Shown here: one piece after another, positions 31,913 to 45,756 of the stretch
Numbering within the stretch: the first letter of the stretch is position 1
How the letters are laid out: each line of letters starts with the position of its first letter
Source of the DNA: an uncultured Acidobacteriota bacterium
GTDB taxonomy: Bacteria > Acidobacteriota > Vicinamibacteria > Fen-336
Assembly: GCA_963720545.1 (NCBI GenBank)
Contig: OY970399.1
Coordinates: forward strand, 3,328,001 to 3,392,000
Length of the DNA: 64,000 nt
Direction of reading: 5' to 3'
Made by a program: the position numbers and the translations under genes
Notes under the pieces: model-generated
Told to the model about the DNA's origin: nothing
What the model saw: the letters and a program-made list of their open reading frames with translations, nothing else
Databases searched by the model: none

Positions 31913-33775
31913 ATGCCTGCCGCCAGGGCCGCAACCACCACGGCGCAGCCGTTCCTCGAGCGCATCCAGGAGGGCGTCGTCGTGTGCGACGGCGCCACCG
32001 GCACCATGCTGTACTCGCGCGGCGTGTTCGTGAACCGCTGCTTCGACGAGCTGAACCTCTCGAACCCCGACCTCATCGAGGCGCTGCACCGCGAGTACGT
32101 CGAGGCTGGCGCCGACATCCTCGAGACCAACACCTTCGGCGCGCACCGCTTCAAGCTCGGCCCGCACGGCTTCGACAAGCAGACCGAGAAGATCAACCGC
32201 GAAGGCGCGCGGCTGGCGCGCGCGGCGGCCGGCGGCAAGGCGCTGGTGGCCGGCTCGATGGGGCCGCTCGGCAAGCCGCTGGCGCCGCTCGGCGGCATCG
32301 CGGTGGCCGACGCCGTGGATGCGTACCGCGAGCAGGCGCGCGGCCTGGTGGCGGGCGGCGTTGACCTGTTCTTCATCGAGACGATGCCGTCTCTCGACCA
32401 GGCGAAGGCTGCGCTCGACGCGGTGCGCGCCGAATCGAACCTGCCGGTGTGCGTGTCGCTCACCTTCAACGAAGAGGGCACCACCCTCTACGGTGACCAC
32501 CCCGAAGACGTGGTGACGGTGCTGGAGTCGTGGGGCGTCGCGGTGATCGGCGCCAACTGCAGCCAGGGACCGAACCCCATGCTCGAGACGCTCGAGCGCA
32601 TGGCGACGGTCGCCACCACCGCGAAGCTCTCGGCGATGCCCAACGCCGGTGCGCCGGCGATGGTCGAGGGACGCTACGTCTATCTGTGCACGCCCGAATA
32701 CATGGCCTCCTACGCGCGCCGCTTCATCGCCGCCGGCGCCTCGATCGTCGGCGGCTGCTGCGGCACGACACCGGCGCACATCCGCAACCTGGTGCGCTCG
32801 GTGAAGATGCTGCGCCCCGGCCGCGAGGTGCGAGCCACCGTCGTGACGCCGCCGCGCGTGCGCGAGACGCCGACACCGGTGGCGCGCGCCGACAAAAGCC
32901 CGCTGGGCCGCAAGCTGGCGCAGAAGTTCGTGGTGTCGGTGGAGCTCGACCCGCCGCGCGGCGCCGACCCCAGCGTCATCGTCGAGCGCGCGCAGTTCTG
33001 CAAGGAGAACGAGATCGACGCCATCAACGTCGCCGACGGTCCGCGCGCTTCGGCGCGCATGAGCGCGCAGTCGCTGTGCGTGCTGCTGCAGGAGAAGGTC
33101 GGCATCGACACGATCCTGCATTACACCTGCCGCGACCGGAACCTGCTCGGCATCCAGTCGGACCTGCTCGGCGCCTACGCGCTCGGCCTGCGCAACGTCC
33201 TCGCGATCACCGGCGACCCGCCCAAGCTCGGCGACTATCCCGACGCGACTGCCGTCTACGACGTCGACTCGATCGGCCTCATCCGCATCCTCGACCACCT
33301 CAACCACGGCTGCGACCTGGCCGGCAACCTCATCGGCCCGGCGCTCGGCATCCACATCGGCTGCGGCGCCGACCCCAGCAAGCCCGACACCGCTCGCGAA
33401 GTGGCGCGGCTCGAGCAGAAGGTCCTGGCCGGCGCCGAGTACGTCATGACCCAGCCGATCTACGACCCGCGCACCGTGGAGTCGTTCCTGGCGAGGATCA
33501 AGCATCTCGACGTGCCGGTGCTCATCGGCATCCTGCCGCTCTATTCGCACCGCAACGCGGAGTTCCTGCACAACGAGGTGCCGGGCATGATCATTCCCGA
33601 AGACATCCGCGAGCGGATGCGCAAGGCCGGCTCCGGCGAGCTGGCGCAGGCCGAAGGCGTCGCCATCGCGCGCGAGGCGCTGGTGGCGGCAAAGCAACTC
33701 GGCGTCTCGGGCGCCTACATCATGCCGCCCTTCAACAAGGTCGATCTCGCCGTACGCGTCGTCGAGGCACTGTGA
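31913..33775 (+). CDS. yitJ: Bifunctional homocysteine S-methyltransferase / methylenetetrahydrofolate reductase
   Basis: DGATGTML, GANC, PNAG, GGCCGTTPAHI, ELDPPRG, CRDRNL, ITGDP, TQPIYD. Confidence 0.92.
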   Translation: MPAARAATTTAQPFLERIQEGVVVCDGATGTMLYSRGVFVNRCFDELNLSNPDLIEALHREYVEAGADILETNTFGAHRFKLGPHGFDKQTEKINREGARLARAAAGGKALVAGSMGPLGKPLAPLGGIAVADAVDAYREQARGLVAGGVDLFFIETMPSLDQAKAALDAVRAESNLPVCVSLTFNEEGTTLYGDHPEDVVTVLESWGVAVIGANCSQGPNPMLETLERMATVATTAKLSAMPNAGAPAMVEGRYVYLCTPEYMASYARRFIAAGASIVGGCCGTTPAHIRNLVRSVKMLRPGREVRATVVTPPRVRETPTPVARADKSPLGRKLAQKFVVSVELDPPRGADPSVIVERAQFCKENEIDAINVADGPRASARMSAQSLCVLLQEKVGIDTILHYTCRDRNLLGIQSDLLGAYALGLRNVLAITGDPPKLGDYPDATAVYDVDSIGLIRILDHLNHGCDLAGNLIGPALGIHIGCGADPSKPDTAREVARLEQKVLAGAEYVMTQPIYDPRTVESFLARIKHLDVPVLIGILPLYSHRNAEFLHNEVPGMIIPEDIRERMRKAGSGELAQAEGVAIAREALVAAKQLGVSGAYIMPPFNKVDLAVRVVEAL

Positions 33776-34704
33776 ACGGCCGCGCGCCGCGCGCCTGCCT
33801 CGCGGTCCTTGGTGTGACCCTTGCAATGGCACCGCAGGCCCCGGCGCAGACGCCACCAACGCCGCTCTTCGCCAGCGAGACCGGCGTCATCAACCTGGTC
33901 GTCACGGTACAGGACAAGCAGGGCAACTGGATCTCGGACCTCGGCGCCGACGACTTCGCCGTGTTCGACGACGGCAAGCCGGCGCCGATCACGCTCTTCG
34001 CGCGTTCGGCGGAGGACAAGGACAACGACGAGAACCTGATGGTCGATGCGGGCCTGCTGCTCGACACCAGCGAGAGCATGAAGCCGGCGCTGAAGCTGGC
34101 GCAGGAGGCGGCCATCCGCTTCCTCGACTCGGTGCCGCGCGCCCGCGACCTTTTGACCCTGTTCTTCGACCAGGACATCCGCGTGTCGCGCTACGACAGC
34201 GAGCACCAGCAGGGGTTGTTCGAGCGCATCCTCGAGTCGCAGGCCGCGGGCAACACCGCGCTCTACGACGCGATCACGGTGTACATCTCGCGCGTCTCGG
34301 AAAGCGGCGGGCGCAAGGTGCTGGTGCTGTTCACCGACGGCTCGGACACGCTCAGCAAGACGGACGTCGGCGAAGTCAAGGCGCTGGCGCGCTCGTCTTC
34401 GGTGACCATCTATCCGGTGTCGTTCGCCGACACGCTGCCCAGCTCGGAGATGACCCGCGCCAAGGTCTTCCTGCGCGACCTCGCCGACATCACCGGGGGC
34501 AAGGTCTACACCCCGCGGACCTCGAAGAACCTCGGCGAGGTCTTCGACAAGATCATCAGCGAGCTGAAAACCCAATACGTGATCGGCATCGCCCCAGGCC
34601 CGCACGCCGCCGACGGCAAGTACCACAAGCTGCGCGTCGAGGTAAAGGGCAGGGCCCTCGACATTCGCCACCGCCTCGGCTACATCATCGAAACCCCCGA
34701 GTAA
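33772..34704 (+). CDS. Exported VWA domain protein (Acidobacteria-type)
   Basis: Signal peptide; LLLDTSESM (MIDAS), GNTALYDAI, LFTDGSD, LADITGG, ELKTQYVIG; GTGA overlap with yitJ. Confidence 0.9.
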   Translation: MNGRAPRACLAVLGVTLAMAPQAPAQTPPTPLFASETGVINLVVTVQDKQGNWISDLGADDFAVFDDGKPAPITLFARSAEDKDNDENLMVDAGLLLDTSESMKPALKLAQEAAIRFLDSVPRARDLLTLFFDQDIRVSRYDSEHQQGLFERILESQAAGNTALYDAITVYISRVSESGGRKVLVLFTDGSDTLSKTDVGEVKALARSSSVTIYPVSFADTLPSSEMTRAKVFLRDLADITGGKVYTPRTSKNLGEVFDKIISELKTQYVIGIAPGPHAADGKYHKLRVEVKGRALDIRHRLGYIIETPE

Positions 34705-34743
34705 CAGCGCCGCGAGCGGGGCCAGCGCAAGCGCCAGGACCCC

Positions 34744-35748
34744 TCAGGTCTTGGTTTTTTTCTCCAACTCGGCCAGGCGCCTTCGCAGTTCGGGGAGTTG
34801 TTTGAAGACGGCGCTGGACTTGAGCCAGTCGCGGTTGGGGATGGCGGGGGTGCCGGAGACGACGGCGCCCGACTCGATGTCGTTCGGGATGCCGGTCTGG
34901 GCGGTGGCGATGACGTCGTCGCCGATTGTCAGGTGGCCGGCGACGCCTACCTGGCCGGCGAGGGTGACGCGGCTGCCGATCTTCGCGCTGCCGGCTATGC
35001 CCACCTGCCCGGCCAGCACGGTGTCTTCTCCGACCTGGACGGAATGGCCCACCTGCACCAGGTTGTCGAGCTTGCTGCCGCGGCCGATGCGGGTTTCCTT
35101 GAGGGCGGCGCGGTCGATGGCGGTCAGGGCGCCGATCTCGACGTCGTCCTCGATCACCACCGTGCCGAGCTGCGCGATCTTGTGGTAGCGGCCGTCGCCG
35201 TCCTTCGCGAAGCCGAAGCCGTCGGCGCCGATGACCGCGCCGTTTTGCACGATCACGCGGTTGCCGAGCCGGCAGTTCTCGCGCACCTGCACGGCCGAGT
35301 GCAGCACGCAGTCTTCGCCAACCTCGACCCCTTCGTAGAGCACAACGTGGGCGTGCAGGACGCTGCGCGCACCGATGCGCACTTTGGCTCCGACGACGGC
35401 TAGTGGTCCTATCGATATGTCAGTGGCTACGATTGCCGATGGATCCACTTGCGCTGACGGATGTACCCCCGCTTTTGGGCGGTTCGCTGGCTGTAGCAGT
35501 GTGGCTGCCTTGGCGTAGGCCAGATACGGGTTGTCGGTCACGAGGCTGGGCAGCGGACAGTCAACGTCCGCAGCGACAATGACCGCGCCGGCTTTGGAGC
35601 GCGCGAGGTGCTGTGCGTACCTTGGGTTGGCGAGGAACGTGACCTGGTCCGGACCGGCGTCCTCGATGCCGGCTACCCCACGGATCTCGATGTCGCCCCG
35701 GCCCCGCAGGGCGCAGCCGAGGCGCATCGCGATCTCGTCGAGCTTCAA
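34744..35748 (-). CDS. lpxD: UDP-3-O-(3-hydroxyacyl)glucosamine N-acyltransferase
   Basis: TFLANPRY, hexapeptide repeats, [31 protein letters not shown]. Confidence 0.95.
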   Translation of the reverse strand: MKLDEIAMRLGCALRGRGDIEIRGVAGIEDAGPDQVTFLANPRYAQHLARSKAGAVIVAADVDCPLPSLVTDNPYLAYAKAATLLQPANRPKAGVHPSAQVDPSAIVATDISIGPLAVVGAKVRIGARSVLHAHVVLYEGVEVGEDCVLHSAVQVRENCRLGNRVIVQNGAVIGADGFGFAKDGDGRYHKIAQLGTVVIEDDVEIGALTAIDRAALKETRIGRGSKLDNLVQVGHSVQVGEDTVLAGQVGIAGSAKIGSRVTLAGQVGVAGHLTIGDDVIATAQTGIPNDIESGAVVSGTPAIPNRDWLKSSAVFKQLPELRRRLAELEKKTKT

Positions 35749-36092
35749 CCCGTGACGGCCTGTGGCGCCGCTGCGCGCGACTTGCCGCTGGCGCTGATGG
35801 AGCCGTTCAACTGGGCGCCCTCGCGCACGGCGAGGCTCTGGGCGTCGAGCGAGCCCTCGACCCGCGCCTTCTCGAGCAGGACCAGGGAGCGGACTGCCAG
35901 GTCGCCCTTGTATACGCCGCCGATTTCGGCCAGGTCGGCCTGGACCTTGGCATCGACGCTCGCGCCGTCACCGATCTCCAGCCGGCCAGTGACTGCGATT
36001 TCCCCCTTGAACTTCCCGAGGATGCGCACATCCTTGGCCTTGAGCTTGCCTTCGACCTCGGCTTCCTTGCCGATGACGGTCGTGTCTTCCAT
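35745..36092 (-). CDS. Bactofilin / polymer-forming cytoskeletal protein
   Basis: [41 protein letters not shown]. Confidence 0.88.
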   Translation of the reverse strand: MEDTTVIGKEAEVEGKLKAKDVRILGKFKGEIAVTGRLEIGDGASVDAKVQADLAEIGGVYKGDLAVRSLVLLEKARVEGSLDAQSLAVREGAQLNGSISASGKSRAAAPQAVTG

Positions 36093-36215
36093 GGATCCTC
36101 CGCTACGTGAATCTTCCGACGTAATCGCTAAGGGGGCATTGTAGGCGACCTTGGCCCTTCGCCGAACGTGATCCGGACCTCACTCGGCCGAAGCGGCTTG
36201 TATCATCAAAAACTC

Positions 36216-38309
36216 ATGCCTTCTCGCCGCCGGGCGCCGGTGCCCCCCGAAACCGCCGTCGAACCACGAGTTCCACCGGAACAGCCGCGCCTCGCGCCGG
36301 CCCTTGCCGACACGGTCTTCCAGATCACCAGCGACTACGAGCCCAAGGGCGACCAGCCGGCGGCCATCGAGGAGCTGGTGAAGGGCCTGGAGCGAAACGA
36401 CAAGCACCAGTGCCTGCTGGGCGTCACCGGCAGCGGCAAGACCTTCACGGTCGCCTCGGTGCTGGCCCGCGTCAACCGGCCGGCGCTGGTGCTCGCGCAC
36501 AACAAGACCCTGGCGGCGCAGCTCTACCAGGAGTTCAAGACCTTCTTCCCGAAGAACGCGGTCGAGTATTTCGTCTCCTACTACGACTACTACCAACCGG
36601 AGGCGTACGTGCCGCAGTCGGACACGTACATCGACAAGGAATCCACGATCAACGAAGAAATCGACCGCATGCGACTGTCGGCCACGCGCAGCATCTTCGA
36701 GCGGCGCGACGTCGTCATCGTGGCGTCGGTGTCGTGCATCTACGGCCTCGGCTCGCCCGAGGCGTACTACGGCATGCTGTTGTTCCTGCGCCAGGGCGAC
36801 TGGCTCGACCGGCGCGAGATCCTCGCCAAGCTGGTCGAGGCGCGCTACGACCGCAACGACTACGAGCTGAAGCGCGGCACCTTCCGCGTGCGCGGCGACG
36901 TGATCGAGATCGTGCCCGCCTACGAAGAGGTCGGCATCCGCGTCGAGCTGTACGGCGACGAAATCGAGAAAATCAGCTCGTTCGACCCGCTCACCGGCAA
37001 GGCGCTCGACCGGCTGTCACAGGTGGCCATCTACCCGTCGAGCCACTACGTGACGCCCCGGCCGCGGCTGCAGGACGCCATCAAGCACATCGAGGAAGAG
37101 CTGATCGCCAACAAGGCGCGGCTCGAGCGCGACGGCCGGCTGCTGGAGGCCCAGCGCCTCTACCAGCGGACCATGTTCGACCTCGAGCTGCTGCGCGAGG
37201 TGGGGCACTGCCACGGCATCGAGAACTATTCGCGGCACCTTTCCGGGCGGAAGGAGGGCGAGCCGCCGCCGACGCTGCTCGACTACCTGCCGAAGGACGC
37301 GCTCATCATCGTGGACGAGAGCCACCAGAGCATCCCGCAGGTGCGCGGCATGTACCACGGCGACCGCGCGCGCAAGTCGACGCTCGTCGAATACGGCTTC
37401 CGGCTGCCGTCGGCGCTCGACAACCGCCCGCTCAACTTCGAGGAGTTCGAGGCGCGGGTGGGGCAGTCGATCTACGTCTCGGCGACGCCGGGCGCCTACG
37501 AGCTGCAGAAGACGGCGGGCGTGGTGGTGGAGCAGGTCATCCGCCCCACCGGGCTCATGGACCCGCGCGTAGACGTGCGGCCGGTCACCGGGCAAGTGGA
37601 CGACCTGCTCGCCGAGATCCGCCTGCGCGTGGCGCGCAACGAGCGCGTGCTGGTCACCACACTCACCAAGCGCATGGCCGAGGACCTCACCGAGTACTAC
37701 CACGACCTCGGCGTGCGCGTGCGCTACCTGCACTCCGACATCGAAACGCTGGAGCGCGTGCAGATCCTGCGCGACCTGCGCAAGGGCGAGTTCGACGTGC
37801 TCGTGGGCATCAACCTGCTGCGCGAAGGGCTCGACCTGCCGGAGGTGTCGCTGGTCGCCATCCTCGACGCCGACAAGGAAGGCTTCCTGCGGTCGGGCGG
37901 CTCGCTCATCCAGACGATGGGCCGCGCCGCTCGCAACGTCGAGGGCATGGCCATCCTCTACGCCGACGTGATGACCGCTTCGATGAAGGCGGCCATGGAA
38001 GAAACCGCGCGCCGCCGCGTCATCCAGGAGACGTACAACGCCGAGCACGGCATCACGCCGCAGTCGATCAAGAAGAGCATCAAGGACGTGCTGAACTCGG
38101 TGTTCGAGGCCGACTACGTCACCGTGCCCGCGGACGACGACGGCAAGGACGACGACGACGCGTATCGCTCGATGGACGAGCTGGAGAAGGAAATCGCCCG
38201 AGTGGAGAAAGCAATGCGGGCTGCCGCCAAGGCCTTGGAGTACGAGAAAGCCGCCGAATTGCGCGACCGCATCCGCAGGCTGCGCACCACGGAAGTGGGC
38301 CTGCGCTAG
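36216..38309 (+). CDS. uvrB: Excinuclease ABC subunit B
   Basis: [44 protein letters not shown] domain EKAAELRD. Confidence 0.98.
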   Translation: MPSRRRAPVPPETAVEPRVPPEQPRLAPALADTVFQITSDYEPKGDQPAAIEELVKGLERNDKHQCLLGVTGSGKTFTVASVLARVNRPALVLAHNKTLAAQLYQEFKTFFPKNAVEYFVSYYDYYQPEAYVPQSDTYIDKESTINEEIDRMRLSATRSIFERRDVVIVASVSCIYGLGSPEAYYGMLLFLRQGDWLDRREILAKLVEARYDRNDYELKRGTFRVRGDVIEIVPAYEEVGIRVELYGDEIEKISSFDPLTGKALDRLSQVAIYPSSHYVTPRPRLQDAIKHIEEELIANKARLERDGRLLEAQRLYQRTMFDLELLREVGHCHGIENYSRHLSGRKEGEPPPTLLDYLPKDALIIVDESHQSIPQVRGMYHGDRARKSTLVEYGFRLPSALDNRPLNFEEFEARVGQSIYVSATPGAYELQKTAGVVVEQVIRPTGLMDPRVDVRPVTGQVDDLLAEIRLRVARNERVLVTTLTKRMAEDLTEYYHDLGVRVRYLHSDIETLERVQILRDLRKGEFDVLVGINLLREGLDLPEVSLVAILDADKEGFLRSGGSLIQTMGRAARNVEGMAILYADVMTASMKAAMEETARRRVIQETYNAEHGITPQSIKKSIKDVLNSVFEADYVTVPADDDGKDDDDAYRSMDELEKEIARVEKAMRAAAKALEYEKAAELRDRIRRLRTTEVGLR

Positions 38310-38394
38310 TCATCGACGGATTGGCGGTCGTTCCCGTCCAATCCGTCGATTTCCGTTAGGCCGTTTCCCAGGCGCTTGCGTCAGCGTCCGTTCC
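38309..38394 (+). repeat. REP-like hairpin, copy 2, with 28-bp downstream module
   Basis: GTC ATCGACGGATTGG cggtcgttcccgt CCAATCCGTCGAT ... CCCAGGCGCTTGCGTCAGCGTCCGTTCC. Confidence 0.87.
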
Positions 38395-38655
38395 GATCTC
38401 CTGCTCCTGTGGCCGGCGAGTGGTCCTCCGCGCGGGACGTTCGGGCTCAGTGGAAAAATGTCCGCGCACTTCCCGCCAGTCGTCCGCTGCCACTGTGGCA
38501 ATTGGTAACGCAACTGCGTCCGGACGCTGTTGGTTACCGAATGTAGCGCTCAAGGCGGAGCCCTGGGCAGCAGCACAAGCGTTCCGTCCTCGGGGAAACT
38601 TTTGCAGCAAACCGGGTTTGCCTGGGAGCAGTCTCTTCCTAGTAGGAGGTTCAAC

Positions 38656-38982
38656 ATGTTCGGCAAACATTCGACGCTGACCCGCGCGCTGCTCCTGGGC
38701 AGTCTGGGACTCGCGTCCGCGGGCTGTGCCACCCGCCATTCCGAGGTGGGGATCGGGCTGCGGTTCGGGGAGCCGCCGGCGATTCGCCGCGAGGTCGTCT
38801 ACGCGAGTCCAGGACCCAACTACGTCTGGCTGCCTGGCTATTGGGCCGGCAGCGGCCGCGGCTACTACTGGGTCGCCGGCCGCTGGACACGGCCGCCGCG
38901 CGCCCGCGCCGTGTGGGTGGAGCCGCGCTGGGAACGGCGCAACCAGGGCTGGTTCTTCATCAGGGGCCGCTGGCGCTACTAG
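38656..38982 (+). CDS. YXWGXW/WXXGXW repeat lipoprotein
   Basis: AGGAGG RBS, lipobox SAGC, YVWLPGYW, YYWVAGRW, VWVEPRW, FIRGRW. Confidence 0.85.
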   Translation: MFGKHSTLTRALLLGSLGLASAGCATRHSEVGIGLRFGEPPAIRREVVYASPGPNYVWLPGYWAGSGRGYYWVAGRWTRPPRARAVWVEPRWERRNQGWFFIRGRWRY

Positions 38983-38997
38983 ATTAAGCTCGGCCCG

Positions 38998-41751
<2,754 letters not shown>

Positions 41752-41763
41752 CGAGGAGGACGG

Positions 41764-42264
41764 ATGCCCATCGAGGCATGGATGAAGGGGCCGATCGGCG
41801 GCGTCGCGCCGCTCCTGCAGCCCGCGGCGCACGCGTTCGCGCAGGCGGGCAACGACATCGAAGCGGCGCTCGCCGGCTTCCCGGCGGCTTGCCTGTGGAC
41901 CCGGCCCGGAGGCGCGGCTTCGGTGGCATTCCACTTGCGCCATGTGGCGGGCGCCACCGACCGCCTGCTCGCTTATGCGCGCGGCGAACAGCTCTCGCCC
42001 GAAGGCATTGCGAAGGCGAAGGCCGAGGGCAACCAAGACCCCGACGCCACGGTCGACTCGCTGCTTGCCGAAGTGCGCGCGTCGTTCGCGCACGCGCTCG
42101 AGCAGGTGCGCGCGACTCCCGCGGCAACGCTGCTCGATCCCCGCGAAGTCGGCCGTGCCCGCTTCCCGAGCAACGTCTTGGGGTTGCTGTTCCACGCCGC
42201 CGAACACGCCACCCGGCACGCCGGCCAGCTCATCACCACGACCCGAATCCTCAGCGCGCCTTAG
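41764..42264 (+). CDS. DinB/YfiT family protein
   Basis: FHLRHVAG and FHAAEHATRHAGQ metal-binding His; GAGGAGG RBS. Confidence 0.85.
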   Translation: MPIEAWMKGPIGGVAPLLQPAAHAFAQAGNDIEAALAGFPAACLWTRPGGAASVAFHLRHVAGATDRLLAYARGEQLSPEGIAKAKAEGNQDPDATVDSLLAEVRASFAHALEQVRATPAATLLDPREVGRARFPSNVLGLLFHAAEHATRHAGQLITTTRILSAP

Positions 42265-42270
42265 TACTCG

Positions 42271-43110
42271 TTACGGCGTGATGTCGAGCGCCACGTCGAG
42301 GGCGGGGACGCTGTGCGTCAGCCAACCCAGGGAGAGCAGGTCGACACCGGTTTCCGCGACGGCGCGCGCGGTTTGCGGGGTGATGCCGCCGGAGGCTTCG
42401 GTAATGGCACGGCCGCGGCACAGCGCCACGGCTTCGCGCAGGGTGGCGAGGTCCATGTTGTCGAGCAGCACGGTGTCGATCCCGAGCGCGAGGGCGTCGC
42501 GCAGCTGGTCCAGCGTGTCCACTTCCACTTCCACCTTCGTCAGGTGCCCCGCCGACGCCTGCACGCGGCGGATGGCTTCGGCGATGCCGCCGGCCGCGGC
42601 GATGTGGTTGTCCTTCACCAGCACCGCGTCGTCGAGGCCAAAGCGATGGTTGCTGCCGCCGCCGACGCGCACCGCGTACTTCTCGAGCACGCGCAGCAGC
42701 GGTGTCGTCTTGCGGGTGCACGTGACCCGTGCGTTCGTGCCCGCGAGGCTCGCCACCACGTCGCGCGTGGTGGTGGCGATGCCGCACATCCGTCCCAGCA
42801 CGTTCAGCGCCACGCGCTCGGCGGAGAGCACGGCGCGCGCGCTCCCGGAGAGGCTCGCGATCGATGTGCCGGCCGCAACGTCGGCGCCGTCCGCGTGGCG
42901 CACGGTGGACTCCATCCGGGGGTCGAGCAGCCGCAAGGCTGCGAGTGCTATGTCGACGCCGGCGACGCGTCCCGCGCCACGCAGGATCATCTCGGCCCGA
43001 GCCCGTGCGCCCGGCGCCACGATGGCATCGGTCGTGACGTCGCCCGCACCGCCCAGGTCCTCGCGCAGCGCCGCTTTCAGGAAGTCCTCGTACAGGAGCG
43101 GGTTCAGCAT
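42271..43110 (-). CDS. nadC: Nicotinate-nucleotide diphosphorylase (carboxylating)
   Basis: ALREDLG..GDVTT, TRKTTP, NHRFGL, LVKDNH, EVEVD, LLDNM, EASGG. Confidence 0.97.
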   Translation of the reverse strand: MLNPLLYEDFLKAALREDLGGAGDVTTDAIVAPGARARAEMILRGAGRVAGVDIALAALRLLDPRMESTVRHADGADVAAGTSIASLSGSARAVLSAERVALNVLGRMCGIATTTRDVVASLAGTNARVTCTRKTTPLLRVLEKYAVRVGGGSNHRFGLDDAVLVKDNHIAAAGGIAEAIRRVQASAGHLTKVEVEVDTLDQLRDALALGIDTVLLDNMDLATLREAVALCRGRAITEASGGITPQTARAVAETGVDLLSLGWLTHSVPALDVALDITP

Positions 43111-44666
43111 CCTGCGGACGTTAGCGCGTCGGCCACCGCGCGCGGCAGGGCCGACTCGCTGCGGTGCGCCCAGCGCGCGTCGGCAGCGGGGTAGTCCTCG
43201 CGGAAATGGCCGCCGCGGCTCTCGCGTCGCTCGAGCGCGGCCGCGGCGATGAGGGCGCCGCAAAGCGCCATGTTGGCGGCCTCGCTCGCGCCCGGCGGGA
43301 TGCGCGCCGCGATGGCGGCGATCGTGGCGATGGCGCGGCGCAGGCCTTCCTCGTTGCGATAGAGCCCGACGTTGCGCCACATGGTTTCGCGCAGCTCGGC
43401 GACCAGCGCCGGGTCCACCTGCGCCGCGGCGCCGTTCGCCTCCAGCTCGGCGCGCACGCCGTCCGGAACCGCCGGCGCGGACGCATGCAGTGCGCCTGCG
43501 ATGTCGATCGCCACGCGCCCGCCGAACACGACGCCTTCGAGCAGCGAGTTGCTCGCGAGCCGGTTCGCGCCATGGACGCCGGTCGATGCCGCTTCGCCGC
43601 ACGCCCACAATCCGGGCAGCGAGGTGCGGCCGGCGCCGTCCACCGCGATTCCGCCCATGTGATAGTGCGCCGCCGGCGCCACCGGCACCAGGTCGCGTCG
43701 CGGGTCGAGGCCGTGCTGCGCGCACAAGGCGAACACGGTTGGGAACATTTCCGGGAACGAGGCGCCCACCGCGGTGCGCGCGTCGAGGAACGCCTCGCCG
43801 CCGCTGTCGAGCTGCCGCGCGATGGCGCGGGCCACGATGTCGCGCGCAGCAAGCTCGCCCGCCGGGTCCGAGTCGAACAGGAAGCGCCGGCCGTGGCCGT
43901 CGACGATGGCGGCGCCGTGGCCGCGCAGCGCCTCGGTGAGCAGCGGCATCGGGTCGTCGCCCACCGCCAGCGCCGTGGGGTGGAACTGGACGAACTCGAG
44001 GTCGGCGAGCCGCGCGCCGGCGCGCGCCGCCATCGCGAGCCCGTCGCCGGTGGCCTCGACCGGGTTGGTGGTGCGCGAATAGACGCGGCCGAGTCCGCCG
44101 GTGGCGATGATGACGGCCTTCGCAAGGTACAGCGTGAGCTCGCCCGAAGCGTCGCGCGCCACGACCCCCTGCACGCGGCCGTTCGCCACCGCGAGGTCGC
44201 AGGCGAAGGTCTTCTCGTGCACGATGACCCACGGCGCCTGGCGCGCCGCTTCGCTCAGCGCGCGCACGATTTCGGCGCCGGTGGCGTCGCGCGCGTGCAG
44301 GATGCGCGGCCGGCTGTGCGCCGCTTCGCGCGCCAGCGCCAGGTGGTCGTCGGCATCGCGATCGAAGCGCACGCCGAGCGCCAGCAGCTTGCGCACGGTC
44401 GCCGGCCCTTCTTCCGTGAGGATCGCGACCGCCTCGGCATCGGCGAGACCGCCGGCCACCGCCACCGTGTCGCGCGCGTGCAGTTGCGGCGAGTCGTCCG
44501 CCGCCACGGCGGCGGCCATGCCGCCCTGCGCGTACGAGCTGGAGCCGCCGGCGCCGAACGCCGCCTTGGTGATCACCACCACCCGCCGCGGCGCGAGGTC
44601 GAGTGCCGCCGTCAGGCCGGCAACGCCCGCGCCGACGATGACGACATCCGCTGCGTCGTCCTTCAC
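43104..44666 (-). CDS. nadB: L-aspartate oxidase
   Basis: [61 protein letters not shown]. Confidence 0.96.
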   Translation of the reverse strand: MKDDAADVVIVGAGVAGLTAALDLAPRRVVVITKAAFGAGGSSSYAQGGMAAAVAADDSPQLHARDTVAVAGGLADAEAVAILTEEGPATVRKLLALGVRFDRDADDHLALAREAAHSRPRILHARDATGAEIVRALSEAARQAPWVIVHEKTFACDLAVANGRVQGVVARDASGELTLYLAKAVIIATGGLGRVYSRTTNPVEATGDGLAMAARAGARLADLEFVQFHPTALAVGDDPMPLLTEALRGHGAAIVDGHGRRFLFDSDPAGELAARDIVARAIARQLDSGGEAFLDARTAVGASFPEMFPTVFALCAQHGLDPRRDLVPVAPAAHYHMGGIAVDGAGRTSLPGLWACGEAASTGVHGANRLASNSLLEGVVFGGRVAIDIAGALHASAPAVPDGVRAELEANGAAAQVDPALVAELRETMWRNVGLYRNEEGLRRAIATIAAIAARIPPGASEAANMALCGALIAAAALERRESRGGHFREDYPAADARWAHRSESALPRAVADALTSAGC

Positions 44667-45685
44667 CGCGCGGGCTCCGGGCCGATCGCCAGCATGCGCT
44701 CGACCGCCTGGCGCGCGCGGCCGGCAACTTCCGGCGCCACCGTCACCTCGTAGCGCAGGTGCAGCAGCGAGTCGTAGATCTTCGGCAGCGTGATGCGCTT
44801 CATGTGCGGGCAGAAGTTGCAGGGCCGGATGAACTCGGTGCCCGGCGCCATCACCGCGACGTTGTCGCTCATCGAGCACTCGGTGATCATCACCACGCGC
44901 GCCGGCCTGCGTTGCGTGACGTGGCGGATCATCCCCGACGTGGAGCCGACGAAGTCGGCTTCGGCGAGCACGTCGGGCGGGCATTCGGGATGCGCGATCA
45001 CCTCGACGCCGGGGTTGAGGCGTCGGTACTCGCGGATCTCGGCGCCGGTGAAGCGCTCGTGCACCTCGCAGTGGCCCGTCCACAGGACGATCTCGACCTT
45101 GGTCTTGCTCGCGACGTACTTGCCGAGGTATTCGTCGGGCAGGAAGATCACCCGCGGTACGTTCAGCGATTCCACCACGCGCACGGCGTTCGACGACGTG
45201 CAGCAGATGTCCGACTCGGCCTTCACCTCGGCCGAGGTGTTGACGTAGGTGACGACCGGCACGCCGGGGTAGCGCTGCTTCAGCAGGCGCACGTCTTCGG
45301 CGGTGATCGACTCGGCGAGCGAACAGCCGGCCCGCGTGTCGGGGATGAGCACGGTCTTGCCGGGGTTCAGCACCTTGGCGGTCTCGGCCATGAACTGCAC
45401 GCCGGCCATCACGATGACGTCGGCCTTGGTGTTCGCCGCTTCGCGCGCGAGGCCCAGCGAGTCGCCCTGGAAGTCGGCGACGCCGTGGAAGATCTCAGGC
45501 GTCTGGTACGTATGGGCGAGCACCACGGCGTTGCGTTCGCGCTTCAGGGTGTTGATGGCGTCGATGTACGGCGCGAACACCGGCCACTCGATTTCCGGGA
45601 CCACGCCCTTGACGCGATCCCAGGCTGCCGCGGTGCGCGCGGCCACCTCGGGCGTGAATGCCAGGCTGCTCATGTCTTCGCTCAC
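44663..45685 (-). CDS. nadA: Quinolinate synthase
   Basis: [43 protein letters not shown]. Start may be ATG 45673. Confidence 0.96.
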   Translation of the reverse strand: MSEDMSSLAFTPEVAARTAAAWDRVKGVVPEIEWPVFAPYIDAINTLKRERNAVVLAHTYQTPEIFHGVADFQGDSLGLAREAANTKADVIVMAGVQFMAETAKVLNPGKTVLIPDTRAGCSLAESITAEDVRLLKQRYPGVPVVTYVNTSAEVKAESDICCTSSNAVRVVESLNVPRVIFLPDEYLGKYVASKTKVEIVLWTGHCEVHERFTGAEIREYRRLNPGVEVIAHPECPPDVLAEADFVGSTSGMIRHVTQRRPARVVMITECSMSDNVAVMAPGTEFIRPCNFCPHMKRITLPKIYDSLLHLRYEVTVAPEVAGRARQAVERMLAIGPEPAR

Positions 45686-45688
45686 CTC

Positions 45689-45709
45689 ATATGCTCAGAA
45701 AGAGCATTA
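45689..45709. promoter_or_regulatory. Putative NadQ/NrtR operator
   Basis: atATGCTCagaaaGAGCATta palindrome immediately upstream of nadA and downstream of the Nudix-type regulator. Confidence 0.8.
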
Positions 45710-45756
45710 ACGATGTGCTCAGGTTACGACCGCGCGTACGGGCTGTCAAGCGGCGC

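Noticed and set aside
35383..35508. DGR variable region as the cause of the lpxD codon patch
   Set aside because: No template repeat or reverse transcriptase in the window, and the patch gains rather than loses adenines
36164..36178. LexA-box-like GAAC-N7-GGAC upstream of uvrB
   Set aside because: One mismatch to a short motif, and I saw no comparable site before uvrC; this could be chance
38530..38655. Upstream extension of the YXWGXW ORF, and short ORFs in 38310-38739 and 18675-19019
   Set aside because: A strong SD supports ATG 38656; the other ORFs lie over repeat DNA with atypical codon use
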